Below are positions 42,301 through 55,782 of a stretch of DNA of 64,000 bases, piece after piece. Position 1 is the first letter of the stretch, and the number at the start of each line of letters is the position of its first letter. The notes below the pieces were generated by a model. The model had not been told where the DNA came from, made no database searches, and worked only from the letters and a program-made list of their open reading frames with translations. Source of the stretch: Cycas panzhihuaensis (taxonomy: Eukaryota; Plantae; Cycadophyta); contig CM041465.1 of NCBI GenBank assembly GCA_023213395.1, forward strand, positions 189,975,741-190,039,740, written 5' to 3'. Made by a program: the position numbers and the translations under genes.

Positions 42301-42941
42301 TGTGTACTCAGAGAAGAGGGCCTTAGATTGCACTAGAGCCTGCAAAAATGAAATCCATTTTTGCCTCTCGGCCCCCTTCTATTTGTAGGGCCTCTTAAGG
42401 AACCATCTCCTTTTCCTATAAGGGGATAGCTATTAGGGTCTATTTCTCACTCTTATCTCTTTTCCTTTCAGGGCCCTAGCCATTTTGCACCCTGAATCCA
42501 TCTTTTCTCACCCTGTTTCATGCATTTATGGTGAGTTTCTTTAGCCTGTTAGAGGCTTGCCATCTCAATTTTTGAACCTCTTTGAAACCTACCCATGTTT
42601 ATACTCTATTAGTTTATTTTAACATTTTATTTCCATTTTTGCTATATGTTCAAGCCTTTAAGACTCTAAACAAGACCCCCCCCCCCCCATCTTAGGCCCT
42701 TGTTAGCCCCATTATAATCTCATAGGGTCGTCGATGAGTGTGTTTCTCCAGCAACTCTCAACACTCCCATCGGGCAGGCCCAGTGTGATCCTAGTAGCCT
42801 ACCCTTAAGGTTCTCCTACCCCTTTGTGGTTGATATATCTAGGTAATTCAAGCTATTATAGCTCGATTGCCATATTTTTCATCTTGGCAGGACTGCTAAT
42901 CATTTTCTTTATAAACCAATCTAAACTTCCTCCCTTTTACT

Positions 42942-43373
42942 ATGGTTCAATTCATCTCCACTGATGGTGGTAGTCATGGTAACCTCAGACCCTCTATAGC
43001 TCAGTGGATCTTGTAAGGTCCCTCTAGCAATGATTATATACATTTCAAAGTCTACTTACTTTAGGCTACAAATAAGAAGGCTAAATACACAACCATTATG
43101 GAAGCCCTCATTGGCGCATTATGCTTCCATTGCATCGTCATCATCCTCTATTATGACTCTCAAATCATTGTGTCACAACTAACCTAAGTTTATCAAGTTT
43201 ATTTCCCAAGTTTGAGATCGCTCACCTCAACCACCAGGTCATTATTATCCTCCTTTTCCTCAGTGGATATTTGATATATCTCTCGAGACCAGAATACTAA
43301 GACTGACAACCTCATCTACTGTATTTTGGAGTGTCACCTCCCCTCTATAGGCAATCCATTGTCAAGTTCATAG
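42942..43373 (+). pseudogene. Archaeal-type RNase H (aRH, RNase HI-like) domain relic
   Basis: One frame with no frameshift: STDGGSHGNLRPSIAQWIL*...*ATNKKAKYTTIMEAL...YYDSQIIVSQLT*VYQV...I*YISRDQNTKTDNL, matching DG.S.GNPG / ATNN.AEY / GDSQLVV.Q / HI.R..N..AD.L; all four stops are explicable by C>T. Confidence 0.88.
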
Positions 43374-43919
43374 GTTAACCCTCCTTTCCACATCATTGAC
43401 TAGCATTCCTGGAACCTCCAAAAGTAGGCCACTAACGAGGTTAAACTATAGTAACCATAGGTTTCTTTCTTTGATTCATCCTCGTACCACGTGTGGTATA
43501 AACTTTTGCACATAAACACTTCATATTTAGAGATTTTTGGTTTGTATATCAACCTTTTGACTATGTTTACATTCTACATGATATTTGTATTACATATAGA
43601 GGTGATGGGACAACCCCCCATCCCGTCTCTCTTTCGTATCACACTCTTGGGCATCATATGGGCAACCCCCACACAACTTCATCCCTGCTTCACGTGCATT
43701 TTGGGTCTAGGACTCTATACCCTGAGGAGGAGGAAGGTGGCACCTCCCAGTCCTCTCCTAAACACAAGTTCCTATCCATGTGATCCATCACAACATTTGC
43801 TACTTATCTTAGATGATAACACACTAGTATAGGTAGGTGTTACTAACTTATTTTGTGTTAACAACGTTCACCATCGTATGATGCTTCTGAGCAATGAGGT
43901 TTTCTTGCCAAGAGGGCAG

Positions 43920-46900
43920 TGTTTCCTGGCCACTAGGAATAGACAAGAGTGATATCTCTCAGGTGAGCACATGTATATATTTCTATCCTTGGCCTTGTTT
44001 ACTTTTATGACTCACTGAGGTACATTTGTGGTTACAGTAGCATTCTATGATTACGTAACTTGATTTTCTACTTAGTTTGCTTGTCCAACTCTTGCTTTTG
44101 CTTGTATCTTAGCTTGTGATGATTAGGACTATGGTCCTATGGCATTACATAGCTCTCAGAATCACCTCCATAGAGTTTGTAGGTACCCATGAACCTCTAT
44201 AGCCATCTTGCCTTATTTCTAACCAGTTGCATGACTCCTTGGATTGAATTTATGCTTAGAGCCCCTAAAAGACCCCAACAACCCTTCCAACCCTCTGATT
44301 TCTATTTCTATAACCTCATTGGGTTGTCCCTTTATATTATTTTAGGTTATTTTTATTTTTTCTTTCGTATTTCTTTGCCTAATCCTAAACTTTATGGTAT
44401 TGTAGCAAAGTTTGTGATACCATAAACTTTGCCATAGTGTGACTGCCCATTAATTGTTGTAGCCATAAAGAACCAAATTCATATTTATTATGAATCAGGC
44501 ATATGGTCGAGAAGTCTTTCCTGCCTAAACCAAGGTCTAATGCCTTTAAAACCCTAATTGATATATAAAACCTAAATTTTAAACTTAGTTTGATAATCTT
44601 ACATTAAAAAAATGGCTCTCTTCTCCTATATTCCTCTTCCTTCTGTTACTCTAAGCTTGGTAGGGGTAAAAGCCCTAGCTCACAAGTCTGAATTAAGCCT
44701 CTTTCCAACGAGGTTACTCTTTCTTCATGCCCAACAAGGTAGCAATGGTTGGTTCTCTTAGATTTGAAGTTCTTCTCTTCTCTAAATAGGCTAACTACAC
44801 TAAGAGAAGCATGTTTTAGTTGTTCTCCCTCTTAGTTGTGAGGTAACTTAGGATTTGAGTAAGTTTTGACAGTTGAAAATATGTTTCCTTCTATTATTTT
44901 TCCTTAAATATGATTTATTATTTATTGCATTCTTTTGCATGCATTTTGGCACATGCTTTTCTCTATTTTTGGTTGGCAAAGAGAGGTAAAACCTCTCGCT
45001 TCACCTTATTATCATTGTCCCACCCCTAGGTTTCTATTAGCCAATAGTAGGTTGGGTTTTGGGCCATTTTTAGAAATGTAAGGGAAGCACATATGGCTAG
45101 AGTTCTAACTCCTAAAGCCACTTCTCCTTAGGCAATCCCTACTTCTTAAACTTCTTTTAGACCATACCTACTACACATGCTAGTAAACCTTATAGTGTGT
45201 GGCTTTACACATACTAGTAACATTGTAATACTTGTAACATTGGCCTCACGTTTTTTTACCACATGCACACTTTGCTTGGCTAACCATTTTTCATCATCTT
45301 TACTATTTCTTTCTACAATCTTACAACTTTTATAGTTTTTGCAACATTCTTCAAACCCTTATCGACATTTCTCTTAAACCATTTGTTACTACTTATCATA
45401 CTCATACGCGACCCAACTATTTAGGAGTTGTTTCATTCATAGTAGCTAGCTATCTCAAGGCTACCCACTTCTCTTTTGCCTAACCTCCTGTTTCCACCAT
45501 GGTTGTATAAGAATACTAATATATATAAGGAACATAACATATTAATTATCATTATTTTCTTTGGTCACATGAAGTACATTTTTATTCCTATTTCATTGAA
45601 GCACACACGTAAAACCATATACATGTACACATGTGTTTGTTGCTTGTAAGGGTTTGCTCATATGTAAGACAAGATGTCCTTCCTAAGTAAGCGAGGTTGT
45701 GTCATAATGAAGAGGTACTATTCTCCTTTTTAAATTTATTTTTCTCATTTCCTTTTTAGAATCATTTCATTTTTAGTTTCTTTGCTTTGCAAATATTTTA
45801 CAGAAGGTAAGGAAGCCCCCCTTTCATGACTTTACCTACGATGCTCGCTATGATTTATGACATGAAATTACCAACAAGGAAGATGCGAAAGGAAGGAGCA
45901 CATCACCTCACCAACCATCATGTTTCCTAGTGCACCTCTTCCAAACTCCCTCCACTTCGTCATTTTATCCCCTTTTCCCAAAAAGAAAATACACATATGC
46001 ATGCATATAGATTGTAGCTCTCTTTTCATATATTTGAATTTGTAGAAAATAGGGCAATATATATATGCATGCACTCTCATCTTCCTTCTCTCTCATTTTT
46101 AGGAAAATAGTAGAATAAGAAAGATCCCCTCTCTTTCATTTGCATATGTATGCACTCATAAAATTATAAGCAAAACCTTGAGTTATCCTCTCATTTTCTC
46201 ATCTCACATAAGTACCATAAAAACACCATATAAGCATTCTCCTCTTATTTTCTCTTCTCACATGAATGCATGCATATAGAAATGTGGTAGGAATAGATAT
46301 ATTTTCTTTATGTAGAGAAAATGATAGATTAAGAAAAGATCTTTCCTTTTATAAATATCATCCCTTCTCTTCTCATCTTACATATGTATGTGTATGTAGG
46401 AATAAGATTAGAAAGTATAATATGAATGAATGCATTCTCTTTTGTATTGGAAAGAAAACATTGAAAAGTAAAAGTCACATAAGTCATTTGCTTCCTCCCT
46501 CTCTCTTACTTCCTTGAGTTGATTTCTCTAACATAAAGGAAAAGAGAGTAAGCCCAAGAGCAAGTGCTTATTGTTTGCATACATTGTTTAAACAAAGATC
46601 TTGACTTTGCAATTACATTACACATTGGAACAAAGGAAACAACTTTAACCCTTTGCATAACTGGATGAAACCATAAATAAATCCTTGCATCAATATGGAA
46701 ACCTAAAGGCAAACCCCTTTAGGTAGCCAAAGAGACAACCTTAGAGTCTTGTCCCTTAGGTTTAACTCTTGTACACACCAAATCCCCTTCTTCTCCAAGA
46801 ACCTTCCATTCCTCTGCGCCCCCCCCCCCCCAAACGAGTGGAGGAGAGCCCATCTATGGCTACTCAGTAACTCAAGGACAACTAATACCCTCTCACCTCC

Positions 46901-47107
46901 ATTCTATATCACTTTCCCTCCTAGATCAAGGAAAGCTTAGGAAGTTAGAGGTCAAAGCTCGGCTATGGGTCCTTGAACTTATGTTCTGATGTAATGACAC
47001 CCCTTTGGGGGTATGTCTCTCTTTCTTCTCCTCTTTCTTCCTCTTAGCCTCTAGCTCCTGTAGTTAGTGAGATAAAGTGTGATTCCCTTTAGAGCTAGGT
47101 GACTCTA
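43920..47107 (+). repeat. 3' LTR of C1
   Basis: Starts TGTTTCC after the PPT, ends GGTGACTCTA before the TSD. Confidence 0.92.
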
Positions 47108-47492
47108 AATGTATATGGTATACACATATACTTCCCACTATTCACCTACTTTAAGATATGTAAGATGTATACATATCCATGTTATCCCACTATTAGATGA
47201 TGTAAAGGCTCATCATATATGATAGGCTACTCATGAGGTGATTTCACTATAAATATATTTACTCTCACCACCTGAGAACTTATGAAAGATTAAAGACTTG
47301 GAGATGTAATCCTTATAATCATAAGTGAAGTCCTAACTCTATCTTCTCCCATGGTTTTTTCCATATTGGGTTTTCTACATATAAATCTTGGCATCTATCT
47401 TGTGGTGATGCTTATGTTTCATGATGTTTGATTTATATGTTTGATGTTTTATACTCATGAGTTGATATTATTGCATCTTCATATTTTTAACA

Positions 47493-47504
47493 TGGTATCA
47501 GAGC
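47493..47504 (+). promoter_or_regulatory. Primer-binding site (tRNA-iMet) of B2
   Basis: Perfect TGGTATCAGAGC after TTTTAACA. Confidence 0.9.
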
Positions 47505-50500
47505 AATCATGTTACCCCATTTTTAACATAATATTAGAGCAATGTTACATCTAAATTGCTATGATGAGGTGAAGATCCTGCTAATCAAGATTCAAGCCTA
47601 TCAAGCCTATGATAGGAGCCATTTATAAAGAAATTTTTGATGAGCTAACATATTTATATACCAATGACATATATGACAAATTATAGGGTACATGAAGCTA
47701 ATCAAGTTGCATACTAGACATATACTACAAATACTAATGGTATATTAATATATGCTTTTATTATGGATATTCATTCATGCATATAGGCCTATATATTTGA
47801 ATCATACAAGTACTCAAATTAGTTCACACAATATCATATTCAGTCCATAAGTGAAGGCTTTTTTGAGTGTCTCTTAATGGATTCGCTATCACTCATGGAC
47901 CATTCTAGAGACTTTTACGAGTGTCTCATAAAGGAATTTATTGTCAGAATGAGAACAACCCATTAGTACACATGAAGTAGGAAGCATGCCTGTATAACAC
48001 CCAATTGACAAGTGTCTTAATGATAGTATGAAAAGTATATGGCAAATTTTATCTCTGCATAAAAAGTCTATGAGACATATAAGGGCATGATTACAATTGA
48101 GGTTGGCATTAAAGGTATGTTTATTATAGCATGAATTTATTATGGTAGTATCATAAGATTATGGTAACTTAAGACAAAAAAATTATAGTAGCATGTGATA
48201 TGTTCATATATTAAGGATATATAACATTTGATATGTTGATATATTAAGGGCATGACGATTTGGGTTATGATTGAATGCCAAGCCCTAGACAACAACATAC
48301 TGAATTTACATGTTAAATAGTTTGATTATATAATGGATTCCATGATAATTTGATTATGGTAATTTATATTATATATATTTAGGGCAGGATGTTGATCATT
48401 ATATAAGGGCATTAAGGGTATTTTGCATGGATTTGGTATTTACATTGGCTGCCACTCTTGGATTCTTAGATTCTAAGAATCTATGTAAAGTTTGTTGATA
48501 TTGGTTAGAGTTGCCCATAGAAGGGCCATATTAGTAGTCCTCCACTAGGATTGGAGTCACCCGATGAAGTCTCAAAACCCTATACATAGGTTAAATATTA
48601 TTGAATAGTCAACTTCTTGAAATGATAATACATAGATATGATAAAAGCCCAATGTTGTATGCATTTGCCATATAGAACAATGTCAAAGCAATGACCATCA
48701 CTTGTAACATTGCCCTACATAGGCCTTCCATTGATGAATATGACTATAGTGAATTTCTCATACATAGGCAAACAAACAGAAGTTTATTAGCTTCTTGATA
48801 AAACCCTAAGTTGCCTACCTTGGAAGAACTAAGTTTAGATGCCTACTAGAGGAGAACATACAATAACTCTATGCCTATAATGCCATATGGTTTGAACTCG
48901 TAATAAAGCCAGAGTTAGCTATAGCCCATAGTTTCTCACCCCTGAAGCCATAGACAAAATGTTAATCTAGCCAATTGATCATAACGACTAGATGAAACAG
49001 ATGTACATAATGTAATGCCTGGTCAAAATAGAAGAATTACTAACTCTTCAATAAACTGTATCACACCATCACTTAATACAAATAGAAATTATTTTGTGCA
49101 ACTAAGAATAAAGTCAGAACTACATCCATGGATCACCGCCTAGAGATGAAGGCTACATACCATCTCTACTCTACTATAAGTAATACTATTTGACACTATC
49201 GGCTACCATCACACAGATCTGGATGAGAGAATATAGCTACCTAAGGAAGAATAACCACACACAACTACATATGAGATGTAAATATATGATAGTCATATAC
49301 GACTATTATGTCTACATAACAAGCTTTGATCATTATTATGATGCTAAGAGATCTAAGCATGAAGATGACACAGTCATCCACCCACGTAGATCACATTCAG
49401 AGAAATCGAATAGAACTCGTTTGATCAAATTCATCATATAAATACGCTAAATTTCTTTCAACCTTATAAAAAAAAAAAGTGAGTTGATATATCAAATTTA
49501 ATTAGACTTCATTTTGTTTCAAATTTAATTTTAGCCCCTTATAGATTGGTAGGTGGTCATATGGAGACCTTACATGATTGGGGGCTATGATATTAAAAGG
49601 GTAGATTCTAAATTTTCATAAACTAAGTTGAATTATTTTTTATTTTTAAAATTTTATATTTGATATTTAATAAAATTTCAGATCCATTTCTAATTTCTTA
49701 AGGATTGCACACTATTTCATGGCATACTGGTACATTTTGCAACATAACTCATCACTCGTGTATCAAAATCAGATGCTGTTCATTATATTGGAAAACTGAC
49801 TTGGAGATGGTCACAACAAGTGCTGACACAACATGCTTTAGACATCAAAAGACAGAGAAAATTTAGGGTAAAGTTAATGCAAAGCATCCAAACTTCATTT
49901 TGAATGAATTTCATATCAGTTTTTTAAAAAAATTCAGTCAACTCAAATATTTTTCATGGCTATAAACATGGTGGTAAGCTTATTTTTAAGGAATGGTGGA
50001 TGATTATTAAAATTTAGTTTAAAATCAAGCATTTTGAGTCCCGTTTATGATATTGTGAGGCCCATTTTAATTGGAAAAAATTTAGTAAGTGAACAAGATT
50101 TGATAAAATTATGACATAAAACATCCTTGCTATGCTAGATACTCATTTCCCCCTTCACAACATCATATTTTGTTTAGCGGATGACAAAAATCCCTAACCA
50201 AACATACAGATCACCTAGACATTAAAGTAATTTATAATTAGATGTTAAGCACATTTGCCTTATTACAGTTAACTTACCATGGCTAAGTAGTTCAACATGG
50301 TCCTAGAGTTGATTATTCAAGATGATCTAGTTGACAAAATTTTATTGGTCCTACAAGTAATTTAGAAGGATGATGAACCGTGTATTTGAAGCAATTTCCT
50401 AGTGAACCGACAATTACAAGGGTTGGTCACCCGTATATTTCAATAGATGGATATTGTTTTATATGGACTCAGATATCACTTTGCTTGATTTGATGGTCAA

Positions 50501-50997
50501 CTTAATATAGATTAAAAGTAGACACCATATAAGTGAAGATATAAAGATGTGTAGAAAACATTTCATATATGTTAGTTATAGGTTGATGCTAGATGGAGAT
50601 AAGTATATAGTTATAGGTCTTTATGGTGTGATGAATTCACCTGTAACATATAAGATACAAGAAATAGGTTACAAGATACAGGATACAAAAAACAAGTTAT
50701 AAGATATAGGTTATTATAGGTTACAAGTGATATTGCATACATGATACATGTGATAGTTATAGCTTACAGGCTCCAACATATAAGATGAAGATATAAAGTC
50801 TTAAGATTAAGATTCAAGGACATTAAACATTATGGGGGGTTGTTAAAATATAATGTTTAATGTATATAATATACATATATACTTCCTACTATTTACCTAC
50901 TTCAAGATATGTGAGATGTACACATATCCATGCTATCCCACTATTGGATGATGTAAAGGTTCATCATATATGATAGGCTATTCTTGAGATGATTTGA

Positions 50998-50998
<1 letters not shown>

Positions 50999-51068
<70 letters not shown>
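50999..51068. repeat. (TA)35 microsatellite inside the 3' LTR of B2
   Basis: Directly visible. Confidence 0.98.
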
Positions 51069-51071
<3 letters not shown>

Positions 51072-51559
51072 TCTCACCACCTCACAATGAAGAGAAAATA
51101 TAACCACAGAAGCAATGTGATGACAAAACTTTAAACCGTGCAAAGAAAAAATAGAATAAACAAGCTAATCACTCAATAAAGAACACTAGGAGATTTAGGT
51201 CTAAGCATAGACCTTTTATTAATCTAAGTAATCATCTAAAGAATTATAGAGATGAATAAACCCCAACTCTTCTCATCGACTCATCAAAGACTCATCCATA
51301 CCCATGTTACATGTGTTGCTATATAAGAATATATAAACATAACATTACAAGATACCACCTTGTAGTTTTAGAATACAATGGGCATAAACCATGGAACAAC
51401 AAAGACCCCCATAAAACACCCAAAATTTTTTTCTTAAGGGCTCTATTTTGAAAGGAAATAAAAAAGATAAATTTTATAGGTAAGGAAAAGAAGTCCTATA
51501 AAAGCAACAAGCTAAAGAGAATGTAGATGCCAAGTTATTAAGGAAGTATGTAGGTTTCT

Positions 51560-52885
51560 ACATGATGAAAATTGGTTCACTAACTTTTTAAGAAAGGATC
51601 TATATGTCACTAGATTTAAATATTAAAGAATTGATCATCCATGAGGCTCATATCACACTATATATAAGTCACCCTACTTACCATAAGACTTATGAAACTA
51701 TAAAGAAGTAGTTTTATTAGCTAGGAATAAAAAGCGACATTATGAGTTTTGTTGTAAGGTGTTTAACATGCTCAAAGGTTAAAGTTGAGTATGAACATTT
51801 ATTAGGTTTGTTATAGCCCTTGAAAATTTTAAATTGGGGATAGGAGATAATTACTATAGATTTCATCATAAATTTTCCAAGGAGCTTCCAATAACATGAT
51901 GTTATTATGGTAGTAGTGGATAAACTAATGAAATCACCATAATTCATTCTAATTCACACTACTCATATTACGTTAAAAATCACTTATAATTTTATTAAGG
52001 AAATTATTAGGATGCACAACATGCCAAAGCCATTATATCAAAGAGATTCATCAAATTTACTTTAAAATTTAAAAAGTTCATATTTTAAAAATTAGATAAA
52101 ATAAAAATTTAGTACATCATACAATTTAAAACTTATGGACAAATGGGTAGGGTGAACTGGGTGCTTAAAGATCTACTCTGAATACACATGCTAGAATAAC
52201 CATCTAGTTAGAAGAACCATCTCTACTTGTTTAAATTTGCCTATAATAACTCAACTCATTCTTCCATGGGTATGATTCCTTTTTAGGCACTATATAATAA
52301 AATCTGTAACATGCCTCTTAGTTAGGAAAACTTGAATGATAAACACATATTGGGTTTGAAAATGCTATAAGAAATAGAGAAACAAATGATCATTATTAAA
52401 CAACATAAAAAACTAGCTCAAAGGAGATAAAAGAGATATGAAAATCTAAAAGGGATAGTAAAGGAGTTCTAAGTTGATGATCATATATTCCTATGATTGA
52501 GGCCCAAACATAGCTCACTCAACTTAGGTTTATGTAAAAAGATCTTTCCAAGGCATTATAGTCCATTTAAAATTTTAGAATGAGTAGGCCAAATCATTTA
52601 AAGCTTGCTTTACCTCCAAATTTTTAAATTCAAAAGGTAGTTCATCTTTTATTATTGATGAAACATATGCTAGACTTAAAGCATGTATGCAAATGGACTA
52701 ACCTTGTAGCTAAACCAAGTTTTAATTTTAAAGAACCCATGCAAATCTTGGGTAGAAGAGAATAAATACTATATAATAAGAGTATTAACTAAGTAAAAGT
52801 GTAATGGAAGTACTTAATACCAAAGAGGGCACACAAGAGCTATAAATTAACATATAATAATAGTATCCATATCTATCTGTAGTAC
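51560..52885 (+). pseudogene. Degenerate Tekay/Del-like integrase with chromodomain
   Basis: ELIIHEAHITLYISHP, FVVRCLTCSKVKVEY, HDVIMVVVDKL, FAYNNSTHSSMGMIPF*ALY, EPMQILGRRE*ILYNK..VKV*WK..YPYL. Confidence 0.88.
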
Positions 52886-52930
52886 GACAAAGCCACATTG
52901 GGGACAATGCTTCTATGAAGAGAAGGAGAA

Positions 52931-55782
52931 TGTAAAGACTTGACCCCAACTTGATCTCCTATCTTTTTTAGTAAAGTCACTTCTTAATTATGCATATAAA
53001 TTCTTTTCTTTTCAATTCTCTATTTATTCTATATAGGCATAAGCTTATTTCATGCTCCACTAGGTACGAGGATGTACCATTTATGATTTACTAGATTAAT
53101 TAATATGTTTTTGATGTGTTTGTACTACATTAGGATATAAGGTGCTTATCTCTTTCTTCTAATACCTTGATCAATGTAATTTTTATATTGTTTATTTCTT
53201 ATATAATATAAAAGTAGCCATATTACTTACATGAGTAGCACATACATTAAAACAGAAGATATGAATGAGGGAAGAAGAAGGAGAAATCATTGTAAGGGAA
53301 AGGTTACTAAAAAAAGAAAGACCTTTTTATAATACTATATTTGGTTATCTGTAACATATTTTATAAGAAATAAACCTACCAAATTGAAGAGGGAATCTCC
53401 ATCTCTAAAACTAGTGGTGGAAGTCTTAAAATAGATACCAAATGATAAAGATATAGAGGTTGGAAGTTATAAGTATTTTCTTCTGTCTTATAGTGATAAA
53501 AAAGTGAAGGAGATCAGTATTGTAAAGAAATTTTCTCCTTATTAGTAAGACCTAGGCATGAAAAGTATATGTTTGATTGTATACTATCGTAATACCTTTG
53601 AAATGAGAGATGTAATTTCTAAAATGGACATTAGACAAGAAAGTTGTTGCAATTCAAATTTGCAGGGTTTGAACCCCACTAGTTGCAAATTTATGAAACT
53701 CATTAAGGAGATAACTTTAAAGGGATAAAAAATTATCATTTTATTTTCTAACATTGGATAATTATTTCATAATGAAACCTTTATGTCAAAACCTTTATGT
53801 TGAGACCTGCTATGTTGAGACCTTCATGTCAAGAATTTTTATGTTAAGATTTTATTAATCAAAACTTTATTATTTAGAATTTTTCTTGGTTGAACGTTTT
53901 TTATTGTAATGAGCGAAGCCTCTAAGAGAAATAATAATTTACTGAAATGGCCATAACTCTCTTAATACTTGGTATTTTTTTACACTTTACCTATCATTTC
54001 TAAGTTCTGTAAAAGGGATATTCATTATATAAAGAGACTTTATACCTAAAAGATATTTATGGTAATATTTTTACTATATATTATTAAATGCACTCAGTCA
54101 AGTGAAAAATCATACCTGCATAACTTTCTATATTTTTGGTGATATCTCATTTATTTAAAGATGAATTTTGACAATTTTAGTTATGTTGGAATCCTTGCTC
54201 AAGTGAACATCTCTATATAAAGAAATATAGTTATAAATACCTATAAGATATTCCTATTATCTCGAAATATTAAAGGTATAGTATGACAACATAAAATATA
54301 GCCATAAAACTTTAAAGTTTTACTCATAACATTCTTGTTTATTAATGGAATTGTGTCAAATCAATATTGTTGGATTTAAATTAAAAGAATATATTAACTT
54401 GTATAGTTAGAGGTCATTAAGGACTCCTTACATAAATAGTTTCTTACTTATTAAACATGAAGGCAATGGACATTTCTCTAACAAAAATAACTATATAAGC
54501 CATCATGGACACTATAGCTTAAAGTATGCCATGGTTCCTCAATGGCATTAATAAGATACCCACTCCAACTAAGGGGGAAGAAGATTTCAGGGTAATAGAG
54601 TTAGGGACAAGTTAGGCATTGGACAAAAGGAGAGGAGAAACATAGGTTCTAAGAAGTGGAAGTTGGACAAAAGTGAGGGAGCAACCAAAGAGAATTTAAA
54701 GGACTTAGATCCATATATTGTGTCTAGTTTTATAAGACATGATAAAAGAGAGGCTCTTAGAGCTAATCACAATGTTCTTACAAATTATTTAGAGTTACAT
54801 ACAAAGATACATTGAGCTAAGTAATGAAAATGCCACTCTTTATTTTATAAAAAATCATTTAAATAGAGTTTAAATTTCTTTAAAAGATTAGTTATTGAGT
54901 TTAGAAAATGAGTTATACAAGTTGCCTCGGGCCATGTTTCAATCTTTGAATTTTATTTATCCAGATTGTGTATGAGCCAATTACTTGGTATTTTAATTCT
55001 AGAGGAGATTATCCAAAAGTGATTACATCTCTTACTGACTACCATCATCCTATACAAGGGACTTGATTAGTTGATGTCATGATGCATGTGTAAGATGTTG
55101 TCTCAATCTTATTAGACTATTTTAGTGGTGATAAATTACAACTTTAAGGTAGAGTTAAGAGGTTCCTTTATGCTTTGGTTCTATTTATATCTTTTAGGTT
55201 GAGAAAATCCCCTTTCCTTTCAAGGTTAATTAAGTCACTTTTGTGCTTTGACAGAAACTCAGGTTGAGTGAGTCTCATTTCCTATGATGGTTTAGCAAGT
55301 CCCCTCTTTGTTTATTAATTTAGTATATGGTATGGGACACATAGGTCACATATTAAGGTAGTCCAATATGATTGATCTAGTGGTGAACCATATATTGTAT
55401 AACATATTCTATCTATGTCTTAAAGAACATGTAAGTGTGGAAGAATAAAATATTATAGTAGTGACTATTTATAGATTAGTATTCTAGAGAAGGCATTTAT
55501 AAAAGAGAAAGTTTAGGGATTGTGTGAAGAGTGATACACTAGTATTCTAATGTTCATATTATGTGCTCTACTAAGGGGTGATTTCCTTCTTAGGATTTCA
55601 AAAGGTTGGGTGATAAATCCATCTAAGTAATTTGGTTTATTTGTTCTCCATGTTATAACACTTATAAATTAACTCATTAAAGATTACATTATTTTTGCTT
55701 CTTATATTTGTATATTACTATTATTAATACAAGAAATCTAATTACAAGTGTAAAGTATCCATATTCACCTAGGCTTGTTACA
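52931..55782 (+). repeat. 3' LTR of the Tekay-like element (family J); right end tentative
   Basis: TGTAAAGAC follows PPT GAAGAGAAGGAGAA; candidate end GGCTTGTTACA at 55782; contains 14-15-bp tandem units (ACCTTTATGTTGAG-like) at about 53775-53870. Confidence 0.55.

Larger units (their letters stand above)
36154..47107 (+). mobile_element. Element C1: non-autonomous Tat-clade Ty3/gypsy with ~3.2-kb LTRs
   Basis: LTRs 36154-39330 and 43920-47107; TSD AATGT at 36149-36153 and 47108-47112; tRNA-Arg-type PBS; PPT AAGAGGG at about 43910; archaeal-type RNase H relic. Confidence 0.92.
36131..51082 (+). mobile_element. Element B2: second member of the non-coding B family; 5' LTR split by C1, 3' LTR truncated
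   Basis: 5' LTR is 36131-36153 plus 47113-47492; PBS TGGTATCAGAGC at 47493-47504; G-tract PPT at about 50832-50839; 3' LTR 50841-51082; interior blocks match B1. Confidence 0.88.

Noticed and set aside
47493-47504. tRNA-like sequence
   Set aside because: Only the 12-nt PBS complement; no cloverleaf or tRNA gene
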